DNA from: Lytechinus pictus
Taxonomy: Eukaryota
Length of the DNA: 64,000 nucleotides
Assembly (NCBI RefSeq): GCF_037042905.1
Contig: NC_087245.1
Span: 3,350,001-3,414,000 of the forward strand
Direction: 5' to 3'
This document shows, one piece after another, positions 24,152 through 39,029 of this stretch (positions are counted from its first letter, which is position 1; each line of letters begins with the position of its first letter). The position numbers and the translations under genes were made by a program. The notes under the pieces are model-generated. The model saw nothing but the letters and a program-made list of their open reading frames with translations. It did no database searches and was not told the origin of the DNA.

Positions 24152-26453
24152 TTACTTACTCACTTGGATTTACTTGGATGTTGAGACGTAAAGCAATATG
24201 CTTATGTGCCCCTCGTTGATTTTCTTATCTTTGGTAAGGTCTGTACTTCAGAGGATGGTTGTGCCAAATTTTTTCAAGTCCGGATTTGAACTGGTTTAGA
24301 CTAGTTGCACTTACAACTGACTCAGGCAGGGAATTCCAATTATTACAGCTCCTCAATGAGAATGAATTTTGGAGAAAGGCAGATCTGCATCTCTGCTTCC
24401 TTAGTTTCATGCTATGTCCTCTTGTAAGAGAGTCATGGATTCGTTCAAAGAACAGATCTGCATCTCTGCTTCCTTAGTTTCATGCTATGTCCTCTTGTAG
24501 GAGAGTCATGGATTCGTTCAAAGAACAGATCTGCATCTCTGCTTCCTTAGTTTCATGCTATGTCCTCTTGTAGGAGAGTCATGGATTCGTTCAAAGAACA
24601 GATCTGCATCTCTGCTTCCTTAGTTTCATGCTATGTCCTCTTGTAGGAGAGTCATGGATTCGTTCAAAGAACAGATCTGCATCTCTGCTTCCTTAGTTTC
24701 ATGCTATGTCCTCTTGTAGGAGAGTCATGGATTCGTTCAAAGAACAGATCTGCATCTCTGCTTCCTTAGTTTCATGCTATGTCCTCTTGTAGGAGAGTCA
24801 TGGATTCGTTCAAAGAACAGATCTGCATCTCTGCTTCCTTAGTTTCATGCTATGTCCTCTTGTAGGAGAGTCATGGATTCGTTCAAAGAACAGATCTGCA
24901 TCTCTGCTTCCTTAGTTTCATGCTATGTCCTCTTGTAGGAGAGTCATGGATTCGTTCAAAGAACAGATCTGCATCTCTGCTTCCTTAGTTTCATGCTATG
25001 TCCTCTTGTAGGAGAGTCATGGATTCGTTCAAAGAACAGATCTGCATCTCTGCTTCCTTAGTTTCATGCTATTTCCTCTTGTAGGAGAGTCATGGATTCG
25101 TTCAAAGAACAGATCAGCATCTCTGCTTCCTTAGTTTCATGCTATGTCCTCTTGTAGGAGAGTCATGGATTCGTTCAAAGAACAGATCTGCATCTCTGCT
25201 TCCTTAGTTTCATGCTATGTCCTCTTGTAAGAGAGTCATGGATTCGTTCAAAGAACAGATCAGCATCTCTGCTTCCTTAGTTTCATGCTATGTCCTCTTG
25301 TAGGAGAGTCATGGATTCGTTCAAAGAACATATCTGCATCTCTGCTTCTTTAGTTTCATGCTATGTCCTCTTGTAAGAGAGTCATGGATTCGTTCAAAGA
25401 ACAGATCTGCATCTCTGCTTCCTTAGTTTCATGCTATGTCCTCTTGTAGGAGAGTCATGGATTCGTTCAAAGAACAGATCTGCATCTCTGCTTCCTTAGT
25501 TTCATGCTATGTCCTCTTGTACGAGAGTCATGGATTCGTTCAAAGAACAGATCTGCATCTCTGCTTCCTTAGTTTCATGCTATGTCCTCTTGTAGGAGAG
25601 TCATGGATTCGTTCAAAGAACAGATCTGCATCTCTGCTTCCTTAGTTTCATGCTATGTCCTCTTGTAGGAGAGTCATGGATTCGTTCAAAGAACAGATCT
25701 GCATCTCTGCTTCCTTAGTTTCATGCTATGTCCTCTTGTAGGAGAGTCATGGATTCGTTCAAAGAACAGATCTGCATCTCTGCTTCCTTAGTTTCATGCT
25801 ATGTCCTCTTGTAGGAGAGTCATGGATTCGTTCAAAGAACAGATCTGCATCTCTGCTTCCTTAGTTTCATGCTATGTCCTCTTGTAGGAGAGTCATGGAT
25901 TCGTTCAAAGAACAGATCTGCATCTCTGCTTCCTTAGTTTCATGCTATGTCCTCTTGTAAGAGAGTCATGGATTCGTTCAAAGAACAGATCAGCATCTCT
26001 GCTTCCTTAGTTTCATGCTATGTCCTCTTGTAGGAGAGTCATGGATTCGTTCAAAGAACAGATCTGCATCTCTGCTTCCTTAGTTTCATGCTATGTCCTC
26101 TTGTACGAGAGTCATGGATTCGTTCAAAGAACAGATCTGCATCTCTGCTTCCTTAGTTTCATGCTATGTCCTCTTGTACGAGAGTCATGGATTCGTTCAA
26201 AGAACAGATCTGCATCTCTGCTTCCTTAGTTTCATGCTATGTCCTCTTGTACGAGAGTCATGGATTCGTTCAAAGAACAGATCTGCATCTCTGCTTCCTT
26301 AGTTTCATGCTATGTCCTCTTGTACGAGAGTCATGGATTCGTTCAAAGAACAGATCTGCATCTCTGCTTCCTTAGTTTCATGCTATGTCCTCTTGTACGA
26401 GAGTCATGGATTCGTTCAAAGAACAGATCAGCTTCAACATTGTCTATCCCAAA
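24152..26453 (-). mobile_element. 5'-truncated CR1-type LINE 3' fragment, inflated by an internal tandem array
   Basis: Collapsing the array gives the continuous ORF2 C-terminus FGIDNVEADLFFERIHDSRTRGHSMKLRKQRCRSAFLQNSFSLRSCNNWNSLPESVVSATSLNQFKSGLEKIW. Short-repeat 3' tail (ATCCAAGT x2, then AGTAAGTAA). Confidence 0.9.
24381..26424. repeat. 73-bp tandem array, exactly 28 units
   Basis: Unit AGATCTGCATCTCTGCTTCCTTAGTTTCATGCTATGTCCTCTTGTAGGAGAGTCATGGATTCGTTCAAAGAAC; 2044 bp = 28 x 73. Confidence 0.98.
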
Positions 26454-29400
26454 ATAAAAATCATAATGCAAGAAATCGAAGAAATAGGATCGGAAAAGAA
26501 AACGTATATTAAAATTTATGCTATTTCAGTTTGACTTCAAAATCATATCCAATGCTTATTTTATAGACATTCGAAATCAATTCCTGTTGGAGTGGTCTGC
26601 GCCATTATTTTTTTTTCAACTCTATTATTGAATCATGATCTTCATTAGTACTGCTTAATAAGTAAAAATATTACTGTTAACAAGGAAATGGGTTGTTCAT
26701 TTAAGAGTAAAAGAATTCATTTTATACCTAAATAAAAATATAATTCGCCAAATAAATATATAGCTTTAGTCATATTCTGCTGAAAAGGATTTTTATTTGT
26801 TTCATGTGTTGGTATCGGTATGTTACGATCTACCGTAGATCACGTAAAATCCCCAAAAAGTGTTTCTAATTAGAAGTGTTTCAATAAAAAAGAAAGGGGA
26901 CTTCATTGTAAAATGCTACGTTCATATGTAAATGCATTCCTAGTGTGAGTTTCATTAACATTTTGATATTGTGAAGTATATTTGCATCATTATGATAATT
27001 CTAACCCCTATTTAAAAGGAATGTCGAATATCCCAACATAACATATAACGTTTAACATGATGGTAATGTTTTGCTCATGCGTATATGATAGTCAACAAAT
27101 TATTTGTTATAAACGATGTCGAATACTAGATACACACCAGCCTATATTTTAAAAAGCATTGCAAAGTCAAAGTCTGGATTGTAGACTAGCAATGACGCAT
27201 TTCTTGCTGGTGGCATGGCGGTGTGATAAACTGCAACGTAATCCTGCGAGGCTACACACCTTGGCTTTGTGTACCGGGGTAATGCATTATTGAGAGAGGT
27301 AATAAACTTGCCTTTTATGATGATGTGATTTGGCATAGTGGTGTAAGGGAAAACGGGCGGGGCGGACAGGGCTTGAGTATATTAACGCTTCTTCAGGTTG
27401 GTAATGCGATGTAATGCGGTCCCTCGACCCACTATTCACTAGAGGTTGTAACGGGGCGTTGTTAGAGGTACCTAGTCGGTGTTCATATAGCGGTCTACTG
27501 AGGCAGGTGTTTCTTGACTTCCCTACCTAAATAAATAGCAAATATCAACAAGAATCTATTCAATTTGCTGCTAACATGAAGAGAGCTTCTTGGATAACGG
27601 ACTCATGATTTCGCTGTTATTGATGGTATCGTCTAGGTTACTTATATTGATTAGATGCTAAATATTGTCCCCTTTTATCGTAATATACATACTTCAATCC
27701 TGGTGGACAAGCAAAGAAATACAGACATTATTATTTGCCTTAACCAGGTTAATATAAGGTGGTTTGTATATCATAAAATGTTCGTAAGTTTAAAATGACT
27801 TTGTGCACGACTTGTGACCCTTAAATTGTTTGAATCATTTATCCCTATGTAGTTGACCTAGACCCTGAGAATATGTTCCAATCGTGCTAACAGTCTTTCT
27901 GAACAGCTTATATGAAACATCCACCAACTGAATAAACAAGTTGTAGACCTATTACTGTTTTAATTCAGTCATAGTAGAGCGGCTTGTATAGAAAATAAAT
28001 CCCCCTGTAATGAGCTGGTATGTTCCCAACTTTGGATTCCCGTATACTTGGTTTCAATACATAGTCTGCTATGTCATTGTCAAGAACTCTTAAAGACACT
28101 ACAACGATGCACTTCTAAATTGGCTAAAATAAACCCGAGTGTCACACTGCCACTACAGATTACACCATAATTCAGTTAGCACTTAATATCGAGTGTGTCG
28201 TGTTACCGTTAAATATATTTTGGCAGTGAGGTAATGAAAGTTAATATCACCTACAGAAGGCTGCTTGAACATAAAGTTTAAAGTGCAGTCTGCTTTGATA
28301 TTTAAAAGAGACCCTTTTATCTTCGTCCTCCTCTTTGTTACATACGGGGGCATGTCTTTGATGGTGCACACACGGATATAATGTATTTGAAAGGTGTGAT
28401 GTTTCATTAAAGCACAGTTCGGGTTAGCTCATTATTCTAATTGCAGAAGTGCAAATAAGCCATTCGGTGGAATGCAGATATGACAACTTTCATAATACGT
28501 TTCAAAATGTGATTATATTCTTGCTTAATTCATTTCAACATACAAAAGGGTTGTTTGGAGAACACAGGTGTAATTAACTAGTATGTTGTTCATAATATCA
28601 ATGGCTTTTGAAATGATTAGTTTAATTAGATTTGGGTTTTGATAGCATGGATTTTTTTCAAACATAGACTCGAGGGCATGTTTAAGGAACACGTATTATT
28701 ATTTTTCTATTCCTCGAAAATCTTTTGGTATAGAGATTTATATCATATGCACGATACAAATTGATCTCTTGTTCTCAGATTTATAAAAGAAGATCGGAAG
28801 AATTTTCCACTCCAACCTTTGTTTATTATCTTAGTTGCGCAACTATTGTGTATTAACACACTTTTTTTAAGATACAAAGACTTCATAACTTGTCTTTGAT
28901 ATTCTTCTAAATGTAAAGCTAATTATATATTATATTAATTCAACACTAGTAAATCAGCAAAATTGCATCGAAGAGTCGACATCAAGCAAATTTCGTAGGC
29001 ATCGCAACAATTATGATCTCGTATATGTTGGAGGTGGCTTAAGGGGCGGGCCCATTTTAGTTATTATTTGATTCTGTTATCAGAGTATATACATGTTATA
29101 GGTCATCGTGATGAAACAAAGCTCGATGACGTCATAGAAAATATCAAGTAATGTAAAACTTCGCCCCTTCTCTCTCCCAATCTGTCCCTCTCTCTCTCTC
29201 TCTCTATTTATCTTTATATCTCTTCCTCTTTCTCACACACACACACACACCCACACACACCATCTCTCTCTATCTCTCTCCATAGCGTTAGCAGTCTTTG
29301 CTTATCTAACATCGCTGACCTGGCAAGATATAACCCAAAACACCGGATGATTTATCGATCATATATCTGGATAAATCGATCAAAGTCAGAATCTTCATGA

Positions 29401-29749
29401 ATAAATTGTTGGCCCTGGGTCAGGCCATTCCTAAGCAGAACTTGATCTCACTTGTAGCTTTAAAGGAGCTTTATGTTCCAACTTTACGCTTTTGATAAAG
29501 TGTACATAGAGGTTTCACAAGCCACCACCACTTCATTTACTCTTGATAACGTGATACACGTTTGAAAGTGTTGGGGGTACAGGAAAGTGACCCCCTTTTG
29601 TCTTGCTGATATTTACTATTTTTATATTCACAAAAACTTGAACATTAGATATTACTTAAATTTCGTCTCTCTCATCTGCTTATCTATACCGTGAAATCAC
29701 TGTATTTAGTCTTAATCTTAAATGTGAACTCGCTGCTGACATAGGATTC

Positions 29750-30500
29750 TGATGAAACGTTGCATCGATAATAAGATTGTCATGGGCAGGAATAATTTTC
29801 CGTTCGTGCTTTCGAATCTTGAAATGTATTCCGAAAATTGATTCATTTCCGATGCTGAATCAATTCTTCTTATATTGTCTTCAGCGATATTTATTTCAAC
29901 ATTATGTTTACTCCTTTTGTATTTCAACTTTTAATAAATCCAAATGTTTCAGAACTTTTTTGTTCGTCAGTTCCAAGACACAGAGTTTGATGTTAAATTT
30001 GTTACGACTCTCACATGATTCGAGATCATCTTTAAATTCTGACAATTGTTGTAGTAAGATTGTAAGAAATCATGTGAGTATTCAAGTTCATTTCACTTTT
30101 TTTAGAAATTATATTAAATTGAGAACGTCCAAATCACATACCGCTCTTCTCTTGCTTTAATATTCAAATAATAGATAAAGACAAAGCTTTCGGGTATTTG
30201 CCTATTCGTGCAAAAATTGTATGGAACTCAGAACGAAAAAGGAGTAAATTTATCATCACTTTGGAGTGTTCAAAGGTCTTACAGCACACACAATCTTTAG
30301 GTCATTTAATTTGATTTCCAATAGTGTTGAGACAGTGTGTTCCAATTCTTACTTACTGACCAAAACTGTTTTTGTATGGGAAAGTCCTTGTTCATAATCA
30401 TCACCCGGTGCATGAATGATTTCACGTTCAAACTCTCATAAACTCACAATCACCCCCAAAGTGCAATTGCCGCGGTGTTGCACAAACGCGTGCTATTCGA
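29750..30500 (-). pseudogene. Possible decayed LINE 5' end / ORF1 coiled-coil relic
   Basis: Broken minus-strand frames such as LLQQLSEFKDDLESCESRNKFNIKLCVLELTNKKVLKHLDLLKVEIQKE look coiled-coil-like; no diagnostic motif. Confidence 0.25.
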
Positions 30501-32877
30501 TCTTCATATCGATCTCGATTTGGTCAGTGACGAAGCTCGGATCGCTTTGAGTAAGATGAACTCATCATTCATAAAGGAGGATAACCAACCGAGATAAAGA
30601 CAATATGCAAGGAGTAGGATGAGAATGGAAGTGATAGAGTATACACACATTTTCTGTAACTATTATGCCCTCATTATTATCATTTCAATATGGTGGTTTT
30701 TAGTTTAAAATATGTAGGAAAGAATGGAAAAGACATTTGTAATTTTGATTGATCCTTTATTTACTAAGTATACCGTAAATTATATCACTTAATGAACGTC
30801 GGGTTCCTTAGAGATTACATCAAAGGTAAACCCCATGATGGAAATAATCAGGAGCAAGCCTGCTTATATTTATTTAATGTCTACTCGTTCTTTCATCAGT
30901 GACGGAATGGAGGTGATAGAGTGTGTGTGACACTGCAACCATTTTTGCAAAAATTCGAGGGAGAAGTATTAAGTGTCGAATCGGCTGGGAATAAAGAAAA
31001 GTCAAGGAAAATACAATATTTAAATGACTAACGCAATTTCTTTTAATAACCAAGAAAAATAGCAACCAAAAATACTTTTGCAAAGATTTTGGGGCAGTAA
31101 CCTATACGACAACACCTTCCCCCAAACACACTAGTCGCTGCGTTGGAATCGGTACACCATATTCTTAATATCAGGTGGATTTGTTTCTTTACGACATTGT
31201 CAATTGATCATCAATTTAATTTTCTTTTGATATTCAAGTATTTTTATATATCCTTCTTTGATTCTGGGTGGTTATTGTTTTCGCAAGTCTCGCCATGATA
31301 ACTTTAATTCTTCAAACTTGCATCTGCTTATCTTCTCTATCCTCAGCGTTCGTAAACAGTTTGATGGCTTCTAATTGATTTTCAGACATTCTTTCTAATC
31401 TCTACTCGCATGACCCAGTTTCTCTAATTGACATCCTTTCAGTACCGTGCTATTAATTCAGGTTCGTTTCATTCAAAGTATTAAACTATTTTCGGTTCTT
31501 ATTTCTCACCTCCAAATGTGCAAAATACACCATCAACCAACGCAAATGTCTCATTTAGGGCAAATGGTGAACGGTACTGATGAGTATGATCTCACAAATA
31601 TTTCCTGATAATGGCGTCAAGTAAATCAGTTTTTGAAGAAAAAAAAGGTTTGAAGATATGCTTGCTCAAAGCAGACACTCTTCACGGTTTGGGTTTTTTC
31701 CATTATCTTTGGGATGGAATCGGCTCTTCTTTTATAGAAAATGAAAATAAATGAATAAGAATGAGCTCAGTATTGATGATGAGCAGTGATCAATGTGTCT
31801 TGGGACTTTGCTTTATAGCTGGAAGCAATAACTCGTAGAAATACATCTAATTTGGGCTTTCCATATGACTCGAAAGTTGAGGATATTGAGGAATGATCAT
31901 GGACATCAAGTCTGAATACATAATGTATGTTCACCGATAATTTACGCTGGAGAATGATGCTGACTGCCATAGACTATAGAGATGTTAGAATGAGGAGACT
32001 GTAAGAGAGATACTCATCAACGAAATATTGAGGGGAAAAATGCTATACGGCATATTGCCATGTACCATAGAGCTCTTCTCCGTAAGGAAAATGAAAGCAA
32101 AGAAATTAAAGAACAGACCATTGAAAAACAACATTGAAGGAAATGTAAGATAATTTTATCTTTCTCTTTCGTCGGCTCCATTATCGAAAAAAAAAAAACA
32201 TCCACATTTCCGACTTATTAATACACAAACATTAAGCAAACATGATCTCAGCTGGTGCAAGACGAACCAAGACAGAAAAGGTTCATAATCTCTGAATGAT
32301 AAGTGTATGTGCATTCTTGAAATGATGAAGAGATAATATCCGTGTCTCATCTTTCAGAGTTAAACCAGATCCTTCATTACATGTTTACAGGTAGTTAATC
32401 ATCTTTGAAGAAGAGAGATAGAGTGGAGGGAAATAGTGAAAGAGAGAGAATGAGAGAAAGGGAGATAATATTTTTTTCATAATTTTGTGAACGTTTGGCC
32501 GCGACCAAGAGGACCCTCGTGTCCACTTGCCATGCTTGCTATGGCATGCTAACGGACCAATAGAAGACCCTGGAGACAACTCTCTTGCCATTCTCATCTG
32601 CAATTAGCAGGCATAAATCACATTCTTGCCTTTTCCCATGCGACAAAGAGCTGTGAATTAATCTTATCTTCTTTGTTATATTCTCTCAATAAGTGCTTTC
32701 GTTAAGACACAGCCTGTCTTTAATCAACATTATTTTGCTAAATATAAAACTGTCTCGCAACCCCCCTCCAGTGCTTCCCCTTCTCTCTCAAACACACACT
32801 CTCTCTCTCTATGTCTGAACGTGTTTACTTCATTGACTTTTTCGAGAGGAAGGAAATTAAATTATCTAAAAAGAATA

Positions 32878-34330
32878 TTTATGTATTTATTTATTTATCT
32901 ATTTATTTATCTATTTATTTATTTATTCATTTATTTATGTATTTATTCATTTATTTATTTAAATCTCTTTATACAGGATAAATATGTTCAGATAATATAT
33001 ACACTGTTTTTCGACACGGTCCTGTTGACATACAAAATACCTAACAATATACAGGGAAAAAAACGCATAAAACAATTTAAATTCAGATATATTAGACATG
33101 AAAAAATGAGTGACATAGGTATTAACAAACATAGATATATTAAGAAAAAATATACATGTGCACTGGGTGATAAATACTAAATTGAAAATACAAACTTGCA
33201 TAGAAAATTATAGAATGGAGGGCGGAGAGAGTGGTTTTTTTTTGTATTTCCTTTTAGAACTTTTTTTATCAATTGAATTTGCCTTTTGGAGTTCCGAATT
33301 TAAACTATTCCATTCATTTACTCCTGCATATCTTAAACTATTCTTTGAAAACTCAATGTTCGATTTGAGTAAAACATTGTTAAGCGGATTTTCATAGGCA
33401 AATCTTGTATTCATTGGATGCCTATCAAAAACCATATCAATTAAATTACATAGACGTACCAGAGCATATCCATGGATACAATTATACACAATACATGTAA
33501 TGAAATGATTACGTCTTTTTTTTCTCTAAAAACCTCCCATTTAAATATTTTCATAATATCAATACCATTGTGCATAGTATAATCAAAATACTGTTCTACT
33601 ATTCTTGTTGCTCTCCTTTGTAATCTGAACAAAATATTCCTATTACTGACAAAACAGTTCCCCATACCAAACAAGAGTAATCCATTATTGGTTGAATTGT
33701 GCAATTATTACTTTTATTGAGAATATTCGTATTAATTAAGTTAATGACCTTTTAAAAAAATAACTTAAATAATCTACTTGAGTTCTTCACATGCAAATTC
33801 CACTTAAGATTTTCATTAATTTCGATTCCAAGATTCCGAATATATCTTACTTGTTTTATAACGTTATTATCCAGATGTCGTTTTAATAACATAGTAGACG
33901 TTTTGCCAACACTGACTTTCAATTTATTTATCTTGTACCATTTACTAATATTTTCAAGATCAGCCTGTAATTTAGAAGTAATGACTTCGGTACTTTTATC
34001 AGAAATATAAATAACAACATCATCTGCATATATATTGCATGATCATGATAATAAACATTCACTAAAGTCTTTAAAAAAAAAACAAGAAAAGTGAGGGACC
34101 CAGGGCACTACCCTGGAAAATTCCTACAGAAAAATTATCAGATTTAGACCATTTTTCATGACAATGACATGTTTTCAACATGATAAGTAATGAGTAAACC
34201 ATATCATCTAATTATTTTTAACACCATATCTTTATTTTTTCCCAATAGGATATTATTATCAATACAGTCAAAACATTAAGATATATCTACAATTTTAATT
34301 CATATTGATTGCAGTATGGTCCCCATTGAT
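32878..34330 (-). mobile_element. Decayed L2/Crack-type LINE (RT domain to 3' tail)
   Basis: Minus strand encodes QGSALGPSLF (~34090-34116), CNIYADDVVIY (~34005-34040) and NTR...SLRYAGVNEWNSL; (TAAA)n tail at 32878-32960; frameshifts and stops. Confidence 0.88.
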
Positions 34331-37300
34331 TGAAAAGCAAATATCAATAGTAAATCTGTGAATGAATCTCTGTTACACACACTTAATGGGTCTAACCCCC
34401 GACCCCGTGTCTCTTTATTTATTTTCCGCTTTCTCCCCCCCCCCCCCTTTCTCCCCTCTCCCTCCCTATCTATCTCAGTCCCCCCCCCCCCTCTCTATCT
34501 CTCTCTATCTCCCTCTTCCTCTCGATCTTATTAATTCCTCTTTTTTGCCCGTGTTATCTTCCACGTTGACATCAATCATTCTCTCTTTCTCTGTCCATGG
34601 TCTAGGTCTTTTCCACCGTTCCTTTCTCATCTTTGTCTATAACCATCCCTAAAGGGTCCCCAAATGCATTGTAACAATCGATATAATCTGGGTTTCGATT
34701 TCACTGTGTCTGTATTTGTCTTCATTTCCTTCTCTTTTTCCATCTTTGTTTTTCTCGTCCGTGGCGTATCATTACTCTTGGTGTTCCAGTTTATCATATA
34801 CCCGAGTCTGAAAATCGCGATTAACTTTCTTTTGTAGTTGAATGTGTGAAGTTATTGTCAATATTATCAGATTCAGAGCTATATTTTCAAATTAGGATTT
34901 AGTTTTATGATACGGGATGACGAAATGTTTTAGTCTTTTGTGTCAAATCATTTAATTCCTGCAAAATGATCACAACAAGCAGTAATTTATATTCACATAA
35001 TGTTGTGACTGTGGTGAAGATAAATATATGACATAAGATAGAAATATATAAGGAAACTTTAAAAAAAAATGATGCGAAATATGGATATGCATGTACCTAA
35101 AAGGAAAATGAAATGATAAGATAGATGGATTGGTTTATTGAAAGACCCCAATTGATCCTGAGATGTATCATATGGAAAGCCTTTACCTATTGACCCTCAG
35201 GCGTAGAGTGTTCATCTCTTGTGATAAACTACTCTTGTTAAAACCTCGCCATTAGCCAGGTTAGTTATTACAAGGTTTTGAACTTAGAAGTAAAAACAGT
35301 TCGCTTCCATTAAAAGAGGCAATGCGTACATGAACATCACTTTACAAGAGTTAAGTCAATAGCCCTGTGAGCGTTTCTCTCCTTTTGTAAATCTTTGAAC
35401 GAAAATAATTGAGACGACCATTTGTCAAGCCAGTGTTATTTTGAAAGAGTAGTTTTGGTTATTGATTCGTTGTTTTACTGGTCGTCAAAGACAATTTAGG
35501 ATGAAATACACCGTGGAAAGAGAGAAAAGATAAATATTGTGTTTTAGTGGGGAATGAGAGAAAAACGGGTTGCGTGTGAGGACTTGAACGAGAAGCCGAC
35601 TCTACATAGATGACGTGGTATCATAAAACGAGTTTTAGATTTACGTGTAAAGTTTGAAGTCCCTTCCCTCTCTTTCTTCCTGTCTCTCACACACACGCGC
35701 GCGCGCAAACCCACACGCAAACCCACAATTTCTCCTTTTTTCTCTCTCTATTCCTCCCCCTACCCCCCTATCTTTCCTATTTATATTTGCTTTTCTTTCT
35801 ATTCCACATTATATCATATAGTTAATTAAACGATAAGTTTATTTTGATAAAAACATAACAATGGGAAATAAAATAGAGGTCTATTGTTGTTTTCTTCCAA
35901 ACTTTAAAACAACTAATTTATGATTTTCTGCAGCCAAATACTTCAAAGATTTTCATATCCTCGCTCCTCTACTACTCTGTTAAAGAAAACAAATATTATA
36001 AACCCATCGTATTCAACTAACGATTTCAGCGCTTTGCACATTCAAGTCATTTGTCTTTATTTCGTGTATTTCATCAGTCATCTGCAAGATGCGATGAGTT
36101 TGTAATGACGTCACGTGTTTATGTCTCTAAATCTTCCGGTTTTGCTTGATCTGATCCGCCTAGCGCGGGCTAGGTCTACAAAACAATACCTCCACAATAT
36201 TAAAGGGAACATCCCCCACCCCCCCCCCCATTTAATGTTGTTGATGTAAATGCATAATGTGGTTTAAAAAAAGCCGAAAGAAAACAAGTAGGTTTGTCTA
36301 TGTAGTTCATCAGCACTTTCTTAATAGAAGTAGACATTACACCTGCCAATTCTAATAATCTATTCTGAAACTGTGCACAAAAGTCCAGGTGATCAAAAAT
36401 TGTCACTTTGTGAGTTAATGAAAAGTACTTGAACTTCGTAACTTATCAACCGGTTTTACGTGCATCTATTATAACTTCCGCACGTCAGTCGGTTCAATGA
36501 TGGCTTTTTTGGTGTAGAATTAGTATGAAATCATCGTTACAAAGCATTATAGGGAGAAATTCTTCTTCACCCTTTAAATCTGTCGATGAAAACTTTATCC
36601 TGTCACGTAATTGTGAATGAATTGGGATTCAGGAATGACGTATCGAGGCTCACAATGCTATGTTTTGTTGTTGATAAGACAGCATGTAAGTCTACCATTT
36701 GAATTCACTGGCTAACATGTAATAGGAAAATGATTATATAAAGTTTCTGTCGGACCTTTTTTTGATGAATTGATTCAAAGAATAATGCAGCAGCCTTGAC
36801 AAATTGTATCTAACGAAAGACCCTATAGGATGTATCCTAACAAACGAGTTTCTCCTCTAGACGACGAATGTCGGGAAAGTAATAAATGGCTTTAACCCCC
36901 CCCCCCCCCACCTCTCTCTCTCTCTCTCTCTCTTTCGTAAACACACACACTCGCCTACACCCACCCACAAACCACCTGTGTATAAACACACAGGCACACT
37001 CCTGTTTCCCCCTCTTCTTCCCTCTCTCCCTTTTTTTCTCTGGTGTATTTTTATTTTATCTAGTTGCTCAAATGGCCGCAGGTATTTATTGGATAATTAT
37101 AGTGATTATGTACTTAAAATCATATGTATTATATATTCATGTGAGGATGATAATTAGATATTTTCATGCTAACAATTATAGTAATAATAACAGTGATACA
37201 AAATATAATAGCAATGTTATAGTCATTATAATGATGACAATGACGTGAATAATTATCCTAATAGTTTGGATGTGGTAAAATTCAATGATTGCATAATCTT

Positions 37301-37960
37301 ATATTATTTTCTTTGAACGTTAATAACAATGCTCAAACAGTTTATTATACACTTAATCATGATTGATGCGTGATTATCATCATTTTACTGGGGGCTTTCG
37401 AATTGTGCTTGCCTTTAATGAGAGCCATGGCAGCAGATGAAAATGTGAGCTTATGGGATGACAATCTTGCATGGAGTCTGAGTGAAAGGTGCTGATTGAC
37501 CGGCCTAAAGATTCACAACACTCCTTGTCTTTAGAACCAAACTAATTCATCCGTTGCCAACAAAGTGTTTTCGGTAATGACGTCCATGCTACGCCAAATA
37601 GATCTTTGCTATTCCAACTAGTCTTACTCCTGATACCATTCAAATTAAAGCCGGAGATGGGATTTTTTTTTGTTAGGAGAGTTAGCGTGTGGTCTAGTTC
37701 ATAGGACATGATGGAGGGTTTAATAAATATATATATATATGTATTTATATATTTTTTAATTTTTTTTTTTATTTGTCAAAAAAATGAAAATTTGGGGGAC
37801 ACCTAAATATTTGTCAGCTCCTGATGACAAAGCAATGTGAAGAAGGGGCATGATTTGTTTGATATCGAATTCGTCATGATAGCACAATGATTTTTTGTTT
37901 GGCAAGTGTAAACTTTTCTTTGAATGTCCTTGGTGTATATATTTAAACTTCTGGCCTCAA

Positions 37961-38062
<102 letters not shown>

Positions 38063-38243
38063 CATAGTATGATTTGATTCAAATAAGTGAAACATCTTTT
38101 CATAAATATTCAGCAAATTTGTGTGAAAATATATATTTTAATAGCTCTTAGACTTTTTAAAGAGTGTAATATGGTTTAACCATGTTACTTCATTTCAACG
38201 TCTGTCAATGTTTGTTTCTGCATTTATGAATAACACAAAACCT

Positions 38244-38481
38244 CACTGCAGAATCACCGGTGTCGATTTAACACCAGCCCGGTATCTATATCGGTCCACA
38301 CAAGAGAAGCGTTGTAACACCAGTTAAGAATCAAACCTATATTGGTTTAACACTAATTGATGTAAATGCCAAATTGGTGTTAATAGCCTAACGCCAAACC
38401 GGTGTTGTTCCAACACTTCTCTGGTGTGGGCCAATATGGATACCAGGCGGGTGTTGAATCAACACCAACGTTTTTGCAATG
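38244..38481. mobile_element. CACTA/EnSpm-like MITE
   Basis: Ends CACTGCA / TGCAATG; nearly the whole element is an imperfect palindrome with repeated AACACC/GGTGTT motifs; TSD not exact. Confidence 0.7.
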
Positions 38482-39029
38482 TTAACAAAATAGAACATTT
38501 ATAATCCGTACACATCTCAATAATAAATTTTGATTATGTATTATAAATATTATGAATTATTTAATTTACAAAATAATTCGAAAGGTTAAATCAAATAGAC
38601 TGTAAGGTGTTAGATTGTTATAGAGCAATACGTTTTTTTAAGTAAAAAAAAAAGGATGCAATAGATATCAATCATGCAATCCACTTAGAGAAGCCGGGAA
38701 AAAGAGCTACATATTAGTGAAAGACCGAGACAAGTCAAATTAAGAGGAAACATCCCGCCGAAATTGCAGTTAATATGTTACTTTTTTCATATTACAATAC
38801 CTTACCATGCGTTAAATAAAAAATGGTATACTCATTTGATCAAAAATGCGACTTATATTGAAGGGGTTTCTTCTCTTTTATTTTATTTTTCATTTCTCCC
38901 TTTGTATTGTTCTTTATTTTTGCTCTTTCTCTCTCTCTATTTCTTGACCTGGTTCTGGTTCTTTATCATTCGCTTCTTCTTCGTCTTCTAGTTATATATT
39001 TTTTCAGACTCCTCCTCTTCTCTTTCCTC

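Noticed and set aside
24381..26424. 73-bp array as a CRISPR array or a repeat-encoded long ORF
   Set aside because: There are no unique spacers. The unit is not a multiple of 3 and contains stops, so ORFs end within about 70 aa. The sequence is LINE-derived.
36106..36140. CRE/E-box/ETS cluster (TGACGTCACGTG, CTTCCGG) as an enhancer
   Set aside because: Short motifs alone are insufficient without conservation or chromatin data.
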